Positions 51,913 to 63,366 of a stretch of 64,000 bases of DNA are shown in pieces. The stretch is from Octopus sinensis (Eukaryota), in assembly GCF_006345805.1 (NCBI RefSeq), contig NC_043001.1:121706001-121770000 (forward strand), in the 5' to 3' direction. Each line of letters opens with the position of its first letter. Positions within the stretch are counted from its first letter, which is position 1. The notes beneath the pieces were generated by a model that saw only the letters and a list, made by a program, of their open reading frames with translations, did no database searches and had not been told where the DNA came from. The position numbers and the translations under genes are program-made.

Positions 51913-52582
51913 ATGTATAGCCTTTCAGTTCATCATCATCATTTAACATTTGTAGATTGTAGTGGGTGCTTTTTACATGTCATTGGTACAAGGGCTAGTC
52001 AGGGGGCACTGGCAACGACCACACTCGAATAGTGCTTTTTATGTGCCATCAGTATGGGAGCCAGTCAGGTGGCACTGGCAACAACCATATATATATATTA
52101 TATATATATATATAGATTCTGTTGGTTTCTTTTACCAAACTATTAAGTTATGGGGTTGTCAAGAAACCAATACTGGCTATGAAGCTGTGGCGGGGGATAA
52201 ACACAGAAACACAAACACACACACACACACATGATGAGCTTCTTTCAGTTTCTATCAACCAAATTCACTCACAAGACTTTCGTTGGCCCAGAGCTATAGC
52301 AGCAAACACTAGCCGAAGATGCTACAAAGTGGAACTGAACCCAAGACCACATCATCCAGAAGCATGGTCGGAACCCACAACTGTGTTTGTGTGTGTGTGA
52401 GTGTGTGTGTGTGTGTTTGTGTGTGTCTGTGTGTGTGTCTGTGTTTGTGTGTGTCTATGTTTGTCTACACCAGCAATAAAGAAAAAAAAATGTAATTTAA
52501 ACTACTTCCTTTTGTGACCACACCTCAGCAGGCTGTAAGTCACAAAGTGGAAGACAGACATATTATCAGCTTTAATAGTTTA

Positions 52583-52971
52583 CTAGCAGTATAGCCCAGC
52601 GTTGCTTGGGCTTGTTTTCTTTTCAATCCTTTACAATTGGAATTTTGAAAAGTAAATATCTTGCATAATGTAGCTTGTTATTCTCTTTAGGTGAACATTT
52701 TTCTGGTTGAAATACTCTGAAAATGGTGACACAGCAGTCAAAAAATTGTAAAAAATAGGGATTTTTATAGAAAACAAACACCTTTTTGATGTAAATAATT
52801 TTTGGTGTTTATATGGTTTGAATTCTGTCTTCTACGGAAGGAAGAGCAAGCCTTCTTCTATCATACTCTCAATTTTGGTCAACTTGCGCTGCAGGGTCTC
52901 AGAGGAGATAGTGTTAGTTGAAGGCTACCAAACCTGCCATACACAGACAACTTAAGCTTTATATATAGAGA
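52583..52971 (-). mobile_element. Non-autonomous Helitron-like element
   Basis: Minus strand starts tc(tc)tatatataaag and ends gcccaagcaacgctgggctatactgCTAG|t, the same 3' hairpin/CTAG as 139-653 but with a different interior. Confidence 0.72.
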
Positions 52972-53319
52972 GGTTAGAAATTTTAGGTAAATAGGGAGAT
53001 TATGTTCAGAAAGAAAACAACTTGTGAATAAATGGAAAAATAATTGTATTATGCAAAAATATTTGGTCCCTGAATGACAGTAGCATGGTGACAGAAACAA
53101 AACTGTTATTCAGTTATGGGGCTCTTGACTTTAGCAAAGTAAAAGAAGTTAGTAATCAGATCTTGGAGTGAAAGCAATTAAATTATATCAACTAACATTA
53201 TAGTACTTTTAATGACTACATAATAGTTTATAATAGTATTCTTAAATGTGAGTCACAGACACAAAAAGCCAGAAATACAAACATATATATATATATATAA
53301 AGTTAATCCAAACATGAAA

Positions 53320-53642
53320 ACACAAAGAGAAAACACAACAATGCGAGGACGTGGAACAAATATAGTATTATTGGACGCTGGGGAAGGAAGAGAAGAAGGA
53401 GAGTTTTACGTTTCGAGTGGAGCTCTTCATCACAAACATAGGAAAAGGAAAGATCCAGAGAAGGGAAGACGGAGCCACTACACACATTTTTTTTCTCTCC
53501 TTGTTTCTTTCTGTGTTCCTTTCTGTGGAAGAGCATAGGCTCAAAACGTAAAAGACGTTTTCAATTCCTGAGCATTATACTAATACATCTGTTGTGTTTT
53601 CTACACCAACTGTCTTCGTCTTTTGTTTTTTTCATGAATTCT

Positions 53643-53645
<3 letters not shown>
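53320..53645. mobile_element. Two divergently oriented Penelope-pLTR-like repeats, each with a hammerhead-like motif
   Basis: Minus 53403-53437: gttt-GTGATGA-A-gag-ctcca-ctc-GAAAC-GT-A-aaac. Plus 53519-53554: cttt-CTGTGGA-A-gagc-atag-gctc-AAAAC-GT-A-aaag. Confidence 0.6.
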
Positions 53646-53698
<53 letters not shown>

Positions 53699-54383
53699 GG
53701 TAAATGTTTTTATTTTTCATTCCCTTTCAAAATTACAACTACTCTTTCTAGCGAGTCAGATGTCCTGTTATGGCCATCTCTTATGTGTTTAAATGTACAC
53801 TGTATTTATATATAATATATAATATATATATATATATATATTATATAGACACACACACAGATATAAATAAATACACACATATTTGTACGTATCACAGCAA
53901 GAAACTGAGAAGCGGGCAGCAATATGGAATTTCTTCACCAAAAGCTAATCACATAAGAATGGCCATTGCAAAGGTGATAATTCTGGCAGTGTTCCAGCAT
54001 GGCCACTATAGTCAATGAAGAATTTATGAGTCAGGAAAAGCAGGCATTCATGTATTTGTCATTAGAGTGGGTTTATTAATTATTTATACAACGCCATTTC
54101 TTCTCTGGGTTTTTCCCACGGTATTTTCTTTCCTACTTTTTACAATATCTGCAAACTAGATGTGACACTTTGTGACTTCCAGTAGCAAAGAATAATACAA
54201 TGTGCCATATTACTTCTACCAGCCTTTCTGACAAGTGCCAAGATTGGTTTTACCAAATTCTTAATATATAAATATTAGTAGTTTACTAAACCAAAGTGAT
54301 ACTAATAACCCGGAGCTAGAATTCAGTTTACACATGCTTTGAAAAAATGCATATGTTGAGTACAGAGCATATTTTGAGGTTAT

Positions 54384-54568
54384 GGAATGAACTTCATTGG
54401 CTTACAGTTGTTTCTGCTATAAGGTGCAGTGCACTCTCAGCTTCATCAGAGCTTCAAAGATGAAGTGTTGCTGTATTCTGTTTTTGAATGTAGGCATCAA
54501 TGTCTTATCAATTATGAATGCATCGCATCTTATAGCAGAAACAGCTGTAAGCCATTAAAGTTTATTAC
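54384..54568. mobile_element. Fold-back element with hammerhead-like motif (minus, 54399-54453)
   Basis: Arms at 54384-54427 and 54525-54568. Minus strand reads agct-CTGATGA-A-GCTgagaGTGCactGCACcttatAGC-A-GAAAC-AACT-GT-A-agcc. The right arm carries GAAACAGCTGTAAGCC. Confidence 0.65.
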
Positions 54569-54610
54569 ATAATTTCTAGTCATTTATATAATCTCTTATA
54601 TAAATGTATA

Positions 54611-54665
<55 letters not shown>

Positions 54666-54669
54666 GTAT

Positions 54670-54878
54670 TGTCTGGCACCTGTGCGGGTGGCACGTAAAA
54701 AGCACCCACTACACTCACGGAGTGGTTGGCATTAGGAAGGGCATCCAGCCGTAGAAACACTGCCAGATTTGACTGGGCCTGATGAAGCCTTCTGGCTTCA
54801 CAGACCCCAGTAGAACCGTCCAACCCATGCTAGCATGGAAAACGGACGCTAAACGATGATGATGATGATGATGATGAT
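54670..54878 (+). mobile_element. RTE LINE 3' UTR, young-looking copy
   Basis: One subrepeat, CpGs retained, (gat)n tail. Confidence 0.88.
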
Positions 54879-54944
<66 letters not shown>

Positions 54945-54959
54945 GTGTGTATATATATT

Positions 54960-55220
54960 GCCTGTGGCACATTGAGTCCTTGAGCAAGACACTTTATTTC
55001 ACGTTGCTGAAATCCACTCATCAAATGAAATTGAGTTGTACCTGTAATTCAAAGGGTCTGCGTTGTCACATTCTGTGTCTTTTCGAATCTCTCTGAGAAC
55101 TACTTTAAGGGTACGTGTGTCTGTGGAGCGCTCAGCCACTTGCATGTTAATTTCACATGCAAGCTGTTTCATTAATTGAATCAGTTGGAACCCTCGTCGT
55201 TATAACTGATGGAATGCCTT
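54960..55220 (+). mobile_element. SINE family D variant, 5'-truncated
   Basis: gagtccttgagcaagacactttatttcacgttgct...ccctcgtcgttataactgatggaatgc. Confidence 0.8.
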
Positions 55221-55944
55221 GCACACGCGCACGTGTGTGAGTGTGTGTGTGTGTGTGTATGTGTGTGTGTATGTGTGTGTATGTGTGTGTATGTGTATGT
55301 GTGTGTATGTGTATGTGTGTGTATGCGTGTGTGTGTATGTGTGTGTGTGTGTGCATATACACACATAGCTAGATAAAGAGAAGGAGAGAGATATGAAAAG
55401 GTAACACATGGAAGATAGATAGGTACACATATGGTAACAGGTAGATAGACAGCTATATTAGATGGGAGTAATAAAACAGACAGGTAAATAGATCACACAG
55501 AATTAGAGAAATAAATAAATAAATAAAGAGAAAGCGAGAGAAAGAGAGAGAGAAATAGGAAAAGACCAAGTATGAAGGCAAAGTAGAACTGAAGAATTAC
55601 TGCTGATAGTGAGAAGGAAATTGAAGTATGCCAAGTTGTTGAAATTAAGGAAATTAATACATTCCAGACATATCAGAGGGGAAAAAAAACCTAACAAAAT
55701 ATGTAAGAAACAAACCAACAAAAAATATAAAATAAGAAACAGGAACAAATATTTGTAATGCTAAAATCATTAAAGACTGTTATTTTCTCTTTCAACAGAT
55801 CAATTCTGCATTGATGCTTTCGGTGCCACAAGAAGCATCTCATGACATCCTGTTGTAACAGGCACCACTTGAAGCAGCCTGTATGTGGTTGTTTGCTCTG
55901 CTAGAAAGAGCACCCCAATCTTCCTCAATTTACACACCACTGTT

Positions 55945-56390
55945 TTGGGATACTCTTTACTTGTTTTACTCTTTTTTACTCTTTTACTTGTTTCAGTCAT
56001 TTGACTGCAGCCATGCTGGAGCACCGCCTTTTTTTGTTGAGCAAATTGACCCCAGGACTTCGAACATGGCCGTTGCTAGCGCCGCCCCAACGGGCCTCCA
56101 TGCCAGTGGCATGTAAAAAGCACCATCCGATCGTGGCCATTGCCAGCCTCGCCTGGCCCCCGTGCCAGTGGCACGTAAAAAGCACCATCCGACCGTGGCC
56201 GTTTGCCTGTGCCAGTGGCATGTAAAAAGCACCCACTACACTCATGGAGTGGTTGGCATTAGGAAGGGCATCCAGCCGTAGAAACATTGCCAGATCAGAC
56301 TGGGGCCTGGTGCAGCCTTCTGGCTTCCCAGACCCCAGTTGAATCATCCAACCCATGCTAGCATGGAAAGCGGACGCTAAATGATGATGA
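55945..56390. mobile_element. SINE A tail (minus, ~55945-56060) abutting an RTE 3' UTR (plus, ~56065-56390)
   Basis: Direct homology to both families. Confidence 0.8.
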
Positions 56391-56391
56391 A

Positions 56392-56599
56392 TCCTTTTGT
56401 TACCATATCTATTTTGAGATGCTCTGTGTTTCTTTCAATTAGTTGTAAATATAACAAAGAATTTAGTAAAATAACTTAGTTATCATTAAGATGGTTAGGA
56501 ACATAAATTGTAACTAAGGTTTTGTGGAAGATTTTAATTCAGAACTTTTGAAAACAAGACATTTATACTACAAAGCCAGGCTAGTACTGAAAGGGTTAA
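56392..56599. mobile_element. piggyBac-like MITE, solo copy of the 28 kb family
   Basis: ccttttgttacc...ctgaaagggTTAA; interior matches 28623-28842. Confidence 0.75.
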
Positions 56600-56757
56600 G
56601 ACCATTTAAGTATTTGATTTAGGTACATGGCCAGCAATTTTGAGAGGAGACGGTGTGTCATTATGACTGGCTCCAGTATTAAACTGGAATTTTCTTCTAT
56701 CAAACATGGAGCGATGAAAGGTACAGTTGACCTCGTTGTGATTGAAACTCAGTCCAT

Positions 56758-56830
56758 AAAGGGTTATGGTTAGAGTTAAGGCTAGGGGTAAGGTTAGTGT
56801 TAGGATTAAAGTTAGAGTTAAGGTTAAGCT
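56758..56830 (+). repeat. Degenerate TTAGGG-like hexamer array
   Basis: ttatgg/ttagag/ttaagg/ctaggg/ttagtg/ttaggg units. Confidence 0.6.
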
Positions 56831-57451
56831 AAGGTTAGTGTTAGGGTTAAGACGAAACAAAAAATTCAAACTATGTGGGACACATTGGTAACATAAAAAA
56901 ATTCTAGAAAAGTAGGAAACTTTGGTAATTGGTAAGTTTGGTTGTCATGAACTGTAAAACAAATCTGAAGTTTCACAGACAAAAGTGGTTTAACAGAACA
57001 GCAAAGTGATGTAATGGCTAGTGAAAGTGGAAAATATGTGAATAATTTAAAACATGGAGACAGGAAATAGAAGAGGAGATTGCAGTAAATAAGAGAAGTG
57101 GATTGTGTTGAGTGGGGTTGTGAGATGGTCTGATGGAACCAATAGGGAAAAATCATTTATGATATAAAATATTTTTATTTAACTTGATGGCTTGTATAGA
57201 GTTCCATATTAGATAATGATATAAGCTCAAACTAGCATACCTCCATATATGGCAAATGCATACATATTACAATATATATATATAAATAAATAAGAAGGGG
57301 CTTGTGTGATTGTGTATAGAGGGATATATATTATTCAAAGAAATTCCAACTTTGTCTATTTTTTATATTCTTTATAATATTAATGTAGAATATAGAATAT
57401 ATAGTATAAAAGTATATATAGTAGTATAATGAAATGAAGTATTGATTGTCT

Positions 57452-57620
57452 TATTGAATAAAAAATATTAAGGGACTAGTATACTTTCTTGCATTAAAGC
57501 AGTCTTCAAGGTCCCAGGTTGTGACAGGAGTGTTTCAACTGTGAAACACTCAACCCGGGACCTTGAAGACTGCTTTAATGCAAGAAAGTATACTAGTTCC
57601 TTAATATTTGATATTCAATA
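57452..57620. repeat. Near-perfect 169-bp fold-back; each arm carries a hammerhead-like motif
   Basis: Arms at 57452-57521 and 57551-57620, with inner hairpin gagtgtttca-actg-tgaaacactc. Motifs at 57557-57600 (+) and 57472-57515 (-). Confidence 0.85.
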
Positions 57621-57764
57621 TTTCATCTATGGGAAAAAAATGCGTATTATACTCGAGGATTTACGGTATTTGTATCTTACTGAATAAGTATAAATTAAAG
57701 TGTGTATATTGTTTTCAAGTGCTGGTCGCATTGTAAGCAAATAAAAGCCTAAGTTCACTGCTGT

Positions 57765-58088
57765 CTTTTTTTGAACTGTTGGTATACTTTACAAGAACTT
57801 TGGCATTATGCAGTGCTTGAGAAGAAGACCCATCAAACCAAGCAAAATTGCATTCCTTGCAGATACTGCTTGTGTCATGCAAATGGCACCTGTGACGATG
57901 GCATGTAAAAGCACCCACTTCACTGTTGGAGTGGTTGGCATTACGAAGGGCATCCAGTTGTAGAAAACCATGCTAAATCAGACTGGAGTCTGGTACAGCT
58001 TTCCAGATTACCAGCCCCAGTCAAACCGTCCAACCCATGCCAGCATGTAAAACAGACATTAAATAATAATGATGATGATGATGATGAT
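57765..58088 (+). mobile_element. RTE LINE 3' end
   Basis: ORF2 end (gcagtgcttgagaagaagacccatcaaaccaag), UTR and (gat)n tail. Confidence 0.82.
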
Positions 58089-58465
58089 ATATTCATATAT
58101 ACATCTATGATGCATATACACATGTAGGGATCTTCATGTGTATCTTATCTTCCATGCATTCCCATTGGTATATCCTCATTGCATCATGAAACAGCTACCA
58201 GCTTCTGTTTAGAAATTTAAAATTCCTCAGTAAGCAATATGCTTTGAGTGTTGCATTGAGGTAATAAGCAGCATCTAATATAAAACACGTGTAGTAAACC
58301 CCAACCCACCAAAGGCAGGGTGACTGTCTGTGTGTCTGTTCACTCTTTTTTTTTTTTTAGGTCAACCTTCATAAAATGCAATTTCACAGCAGATGACAAT
58401 CTTCAAAGCAGACTGATACACCTCAAATGCTCTGCTTTGTTAAAATATAAATAGTCATATAGGCA

Positions 58466-58518
<53 letters not shown>

Positions 58519-58619
58519 TGTGTGAGAGAGAGACAGAGAGAGAGAGACTTCTGAATGTGTATCAACACATTTGCTAAGTAAGCATCTTAATTACATAGCC
58601 AAACCCACCAAACATTCAT

Positions 58620-58656
58620 AAATATATATATATGTGTGAGTGTGTGCGTGTGCGTG

Positions 58657-58688
<32 letters not shown>

Positions 58689-58859
58689 ATATATATATGT
58701 ATGTATAAATATATGTACATATATATATATGTATATTTATGTATGCATATATATACATATGTATATATATCTATATTTATGTATATATATATATGTATAT
58801 GAATATATATATATATATATGTATGTATAAGTATATGTACAAATATATGTATATATTGT

Positions 58860-58902
<43 letters not shown>

Positions 58903-58932
58903 CATATATATGTATATATATGTATATATTGT

Positions 58933-58967
<35 letters not shown>

Positions 58968-59092
58968 ATATATATATATATATAATATATATACATATAT
59001 ATATATATGTATATATATATATACATATATATATATATGTATAAATATATGTACATATATATATATGTATATATATGTATGCATATATATTC

Positions 59093-59154
<62 letters not shown>

Positions 59155-59270
59155 GTGTGTGTGTGTGCGTGTGCGTGTATGTGTGTGTATATATATATAT
59201 ACAAACATACATACATATATACACAAGCATGCATTTACACACACATATATATATATATATATATTTATAT
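58620..59270. repeat. 650-bp compound (AT)/(GT) microsatellite
   Basis: Direct reading. Confidence 0.95.
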
Positions 59271-60704
59271 ACCTTTGAAAGTTTTGAATTTGTCAACAAG
59301 AGAATAAAAGTACTCAATATACATGTTTTAGAATGTATCATTTGTTTAAACTAAATTTCTTTTGTTGTTGTTGTTGTTGTGTTGTTGTTGTTGTTGTTGT
59401 TGTTGTTACTTTACCTTGCAATTTGAGAACACAAGAAAAAGAATTCTGCCCATACATATATGTGTATGTGTGTATGCGTACACATACATAAGCGTTTGTG
59501 AGGATGGTGTCAGGTATCTTATGTACCAGACAAGATTACCATTGCACTGTTATCATAGCATGCACATAAAAATAAACTTTAAAAAAGATAAAGGTTAAAA
59601 TATCTACAATAAACAAATACCCACATACACATTTCGCAGAAGAATCTTAAGCTGACTGAACTAACACACTTCTCAGATCTTTAACTAATCTACTGTCTCA
59701 TGTTGGCTCTTTATTTCGTAAGTGCCAATTATAATGCTATAAAGTTTGATACCGAACTACTACAAAATGCAAAAAATAAATGATTTCTGCAAACATTACT
59801 AAGAATAGATGGGCGGTATGGTGCTAAGAAGAGAAAGAAATGGTAAAAAAAAAAAAAATCTATGTTAATGTAGAACTTCGCATCTTATGAAGAAATGAGC
59901 AAAAATACTTTTGGTTTTGTTTTCATATGTATAGAACCAATGGAACCGTTTTATGTATTTCTTTATTTTAAGTCGTAAGAATCTGTGATTCTGCAAGGAA
60001 TGTAAATAAAATCTCTTCAACAAATATAAACAGAGATAAGAACAAATTCTTCAGTTTTAAGAACAATTATCCCTTTCTTTATCAGGAAAAGTATTTATAA
60101 AAAAAATAACAACAACCATTAAATAAATAAATGAATAAATAAAGATGGCAAGAATCGCTGTTCAGAAGGTAACACCGTGTTTGTATTTTGGTATTACTGG
60201 AAGAGAAATGCAGTAATCAGGTCTATTAGCCTGGTTTTTATGCTTTTATTTACCCTTTCATTTTGATGGATACTGGAATGGCTGCGCCGTTATAGAATTT
60301 GGTTCTGTCTATTGTGTGGCATCTGAGACAAGTGCCTCCACTATACTCTCAAATCCTTGACAAATATCATGACAATCTGAGAATCTAGTTCAACTTAGAA
60401 TTTTATGTTCAGAGTATCTGTATCTATGGAATATTCAGCTAGTTGCATGTTAATTTAATGGATTGGATATTTGGTCGATAGAACAACTGAATACTCATCA
60501 AAACTGAGACAGGAACCATTATTATACCAACAGAAACATGGATGATAATAATAATTATTGGCAACAGAGGCATCATTAATATCAAACGGTAATGCTTGTC
60601 TCCCATTAGGGGCAATGAGTTAGCACACTGGGCAAAATGCTTAGCAGTATTTCGTCTGCCGTTACATTTGGAGTTCAAATTCTGCTGAGGTCGACTTTGC
60701 TGAG

Positions 60705-60790
60705 TGATGCGATTAAGGAGGACCCTTGCAAGTATCTTTCCAGCACTGACAAGGAGAGTAGACATGGACAAAGCTAAACTCCATCACCAT
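60705..60790 (-). mobile_element. RTE/BovB-type RT N-terminal fragment
   Basis: Minus strand translates MSTLLVSAGKILARVLLNRITQ, matching the ISLLS.AGKILARVLLNRL motif; it abuts a SINE C head at ~60605-60705. Confidence 0.6.
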
Positions 60791-61301
60791 CATCATCACA
60801 AGCCACCTCTAACGTCTTTTAACTTTTAACTCCTCTCTTTACTACCGGGTCTCTCTTTAGCAAATAGCATTTTCTTAAATAAGCAATCTAAACATGACAG
60901 ATTATCTTGTATGTCAATCAATGAAATATTTGTTTTAGCTGCATAATTTCACCACTGAATCTTCCTGATAAACACGCTGTTATCTAATATATTAATATAT
61001 CACTGTACATTTATGTACATCATTGAAGAAATTTTATATCTTATAACCAGCTCATCATTAGCCTACATTTGATAACACTAATTCCCAGACTGCAGCTTAA
61101 ATTATATAAATATGTGTGTTTATGTTTGTGTGTATGCACGTAAGGTAATGTAAGGCCACAAAGATCAGAGCTTAACTGCAGCTCTTGGTAGTCCAAATTG
61201 GATATGCAATCTATGTGGGTGTCTCTTCAGAACATCGTCTATTTTAAAAAGCTACATCAGATGCCATGATGGTTCGAAGGTGTGGGTGCAGGAGGTGGTC
61301 A

Positions 61302-61341
<40 letters not shown>

Positions 61342-61680
61342 ATTATTTGCATGTCCACAAACATTCATTCAAACACCCACACATGTAAATGTAGATAAAA
61401 GCCACAATGTTTTGTGGTTAAAATCTCAGTTTCAGCTTCTGAAATAAAACTAATCTATTTTTCTTCTTTTTTAATTCTTTTATTCTTTTCAGTTATTTGA
61501 CTGTGGCCATGCTGAAGCACCACCTTTAGTCGAACAAATCGACCCCAGGGCTTATTCTTTGTACTTATTGTATCGGTCACTTTTGCCAAACTGCTAAGTT
61601 ACAGGGATGTAAACACACCAACATCAGTTGTCAAGTGATGGTGGGAGGGACAAACACAGACCCACAAAAAGATGCACATA

Positions 61681-62038
61681 CATCATCATCATCATCATCA
61701 TCGTTTAACGTCTGTTTTCCATGCTAGCATGAGTTGGATTGTTCGACCAGGGTCTGGGAAGCCAGGAGGCTGCACCAGGCTCCAGTCTGACCTGGCAGTG
61801 TTTCTACAGCTGGATGGATGCCCTTCCTAATGCCAACAACTCCGTGAGTGTAGTGGGTGCTTTTTACGTGCCACTGGAACAGGGGCCAGAGGAGGCTGGC
61901 AACAGCCACGATCGGTTGGTGCTTTGTACACGCCACCAGATTTGGTCGGCCCAAATCATCCAACCCATGCTAAGTCAAATTGTCCAATCCATGCTAGCAT
62001 GGAAAGCGGACGTTAAACGATGATGATGATGACGATGA
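61681..62038. mobile_element. RTE 3' UTR (minus) joined to an inverted RTE tail (plus)
   Basis: Starts (cat)n-cgtttaacgtctgttttccatgctagcatg and ends catgctagcatggaaagcggacgttaaacg-(atg)n. Confidence 0.8.
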
Positions 62039-62045
62039 TATATAT

Positions 62046-62290
62046 CTGAAGTTCTCAACAATTTTTTACCTCAGGACCCCTTTCACTCCTGTTTTACTTA
62101 GATGGACCTCCATAGCCATTTGATGCTTAAAAAAAATTATTTTATTTTCATAATTAAATACTAATAGGGATTTTATGAAAAATATGTTAAAATATTTTAT
62201 ATGTTGTAAAAGTATAACCGATATATTGTGCATATATTTTAACAACAAAATCTTATATGGACCCCCACCCCCACCACCTCCAGTTGAGAA

Positions 62291-62294
<4 letters not shown>
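62046..62294. mobile_element. Degenerate hAT-like MITE
   Basis: Inverted termini gttctcaac (62051) / gttgagaacc (62283); no TSD recognisable. Confidence 0.45.
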
Positions 62295-62331
<37 letters not shown>

Positions 62332-62957
62332 TGCACACACACATGTATATCCTTTGAATGTTTAGAGACATAAATCTTTGTTCTGGTGGGGAGTAGGAGG
62401 TTCCTTTCGTGGAATCCACTCTGTTACAAGCACTGGAATGTGGACGGGTGTAGGTCTCTGGTATAAGAATAAGCTTGTCTCTTCCCTGACCCAGTTTTTG
62501 AGAATTCCTGTGAAATTGGCATTGGCCCCCCACCATCACCTCCTTTGACAAAAAGAAAAACCAAAAACAATAAAGAATTATTTAAAGAATTGTCACCCCA
62601 GACATTAGAAAAGTCACAATTCTTGAACTGGGATATCCTAGAATAATGTATCTTTAAGTGGCAATGCAGAGGGTGATAATTTTTCAAGTGGGGACAGGGT
62701 GAGATCAGAACGGTGACAAATTTCACTGACAGATTGTCAACATCATTACAAAAACAACATTGTCAATATTAAAACACCACTGCCACTACTACAAACACTA
62801 CTGTCAATATCACAACACTACAGGCAATACTACAAACACTGCGGTCGCTACCGCAATAACACTGTCACTACTACAACACTGCTGTGACAACTATTATATC
62901 ACTGCCATTACTATAACACCATTGTCAATACTAAAACACTACCATAACTGCTACAAC

Positions 62958-63366
62958 ACTCTTTTACTCTTCTACTTGTTTCAGTCATTTAACTGTGGCC
63001 ATGCTGGAGCACTGCCTTTAGTCGAGGAAATCGACCACAGGACTTATTCTTTGTAAGCCTAGTACTTATTCTATCGGTCTCTTTTGCCGAACTGCTAAGT
63101 TACGGGGGACGTAAACACACCAGCCTTGGTTGTCAAGCGATGTTGGAATGACACACATAAACATACAAACATACACACATACATATATATACATATATAT
63201 ACAACGGGCTTCTTTCAATTTCCGTCTAGCAAATCCACTCACAAGGCTTTGGTCGGCCCGAGGCTATAGTAGAAGGCACTTGCCCAAGGTGCCACGCAGT
63301 GGGACTGAACCCGGAACCATGTAGTAGGTAAACAAGCTACTTTACCACACAGCCATTACTGCGCCT
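62958..63366 (-). mobile_element. SINE family A, full length, inserted in a degenerate ACT/ACC minisatellite (62740-63690)
   Basis: Reverse complement of the family A consensus. The flanks share atatcactgccattactataacaccattgtcaatac (~62896 and ~63478). Confidence 0.9.

Noticed and set aside
60145-60170. Possible micro first exon ATGGCAAGAATCGCTGTTCAGAAG|gtaac
   Set aside because: An 8-codon match of this kind is expected by chance in 64 kb; no supporting downstream exon.
62360-62560. Possible minus-strand exon after a pyrimidine tract (ORF 62066-62551)
   Set aside because: No recognisable protein in any frame, no clear donor site, and the frame runs into a (GT)n repeat.
358-63324. The ORF track as evidence of protein-coding genes (poly-I/Y, poly-V/T, poly-H, SL-rich ORFs)
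   Set aside because: They translate di- and trinucleotide microsatellites or SINE/LINE sequence, often open on both strands, with no domain motif or splice context.
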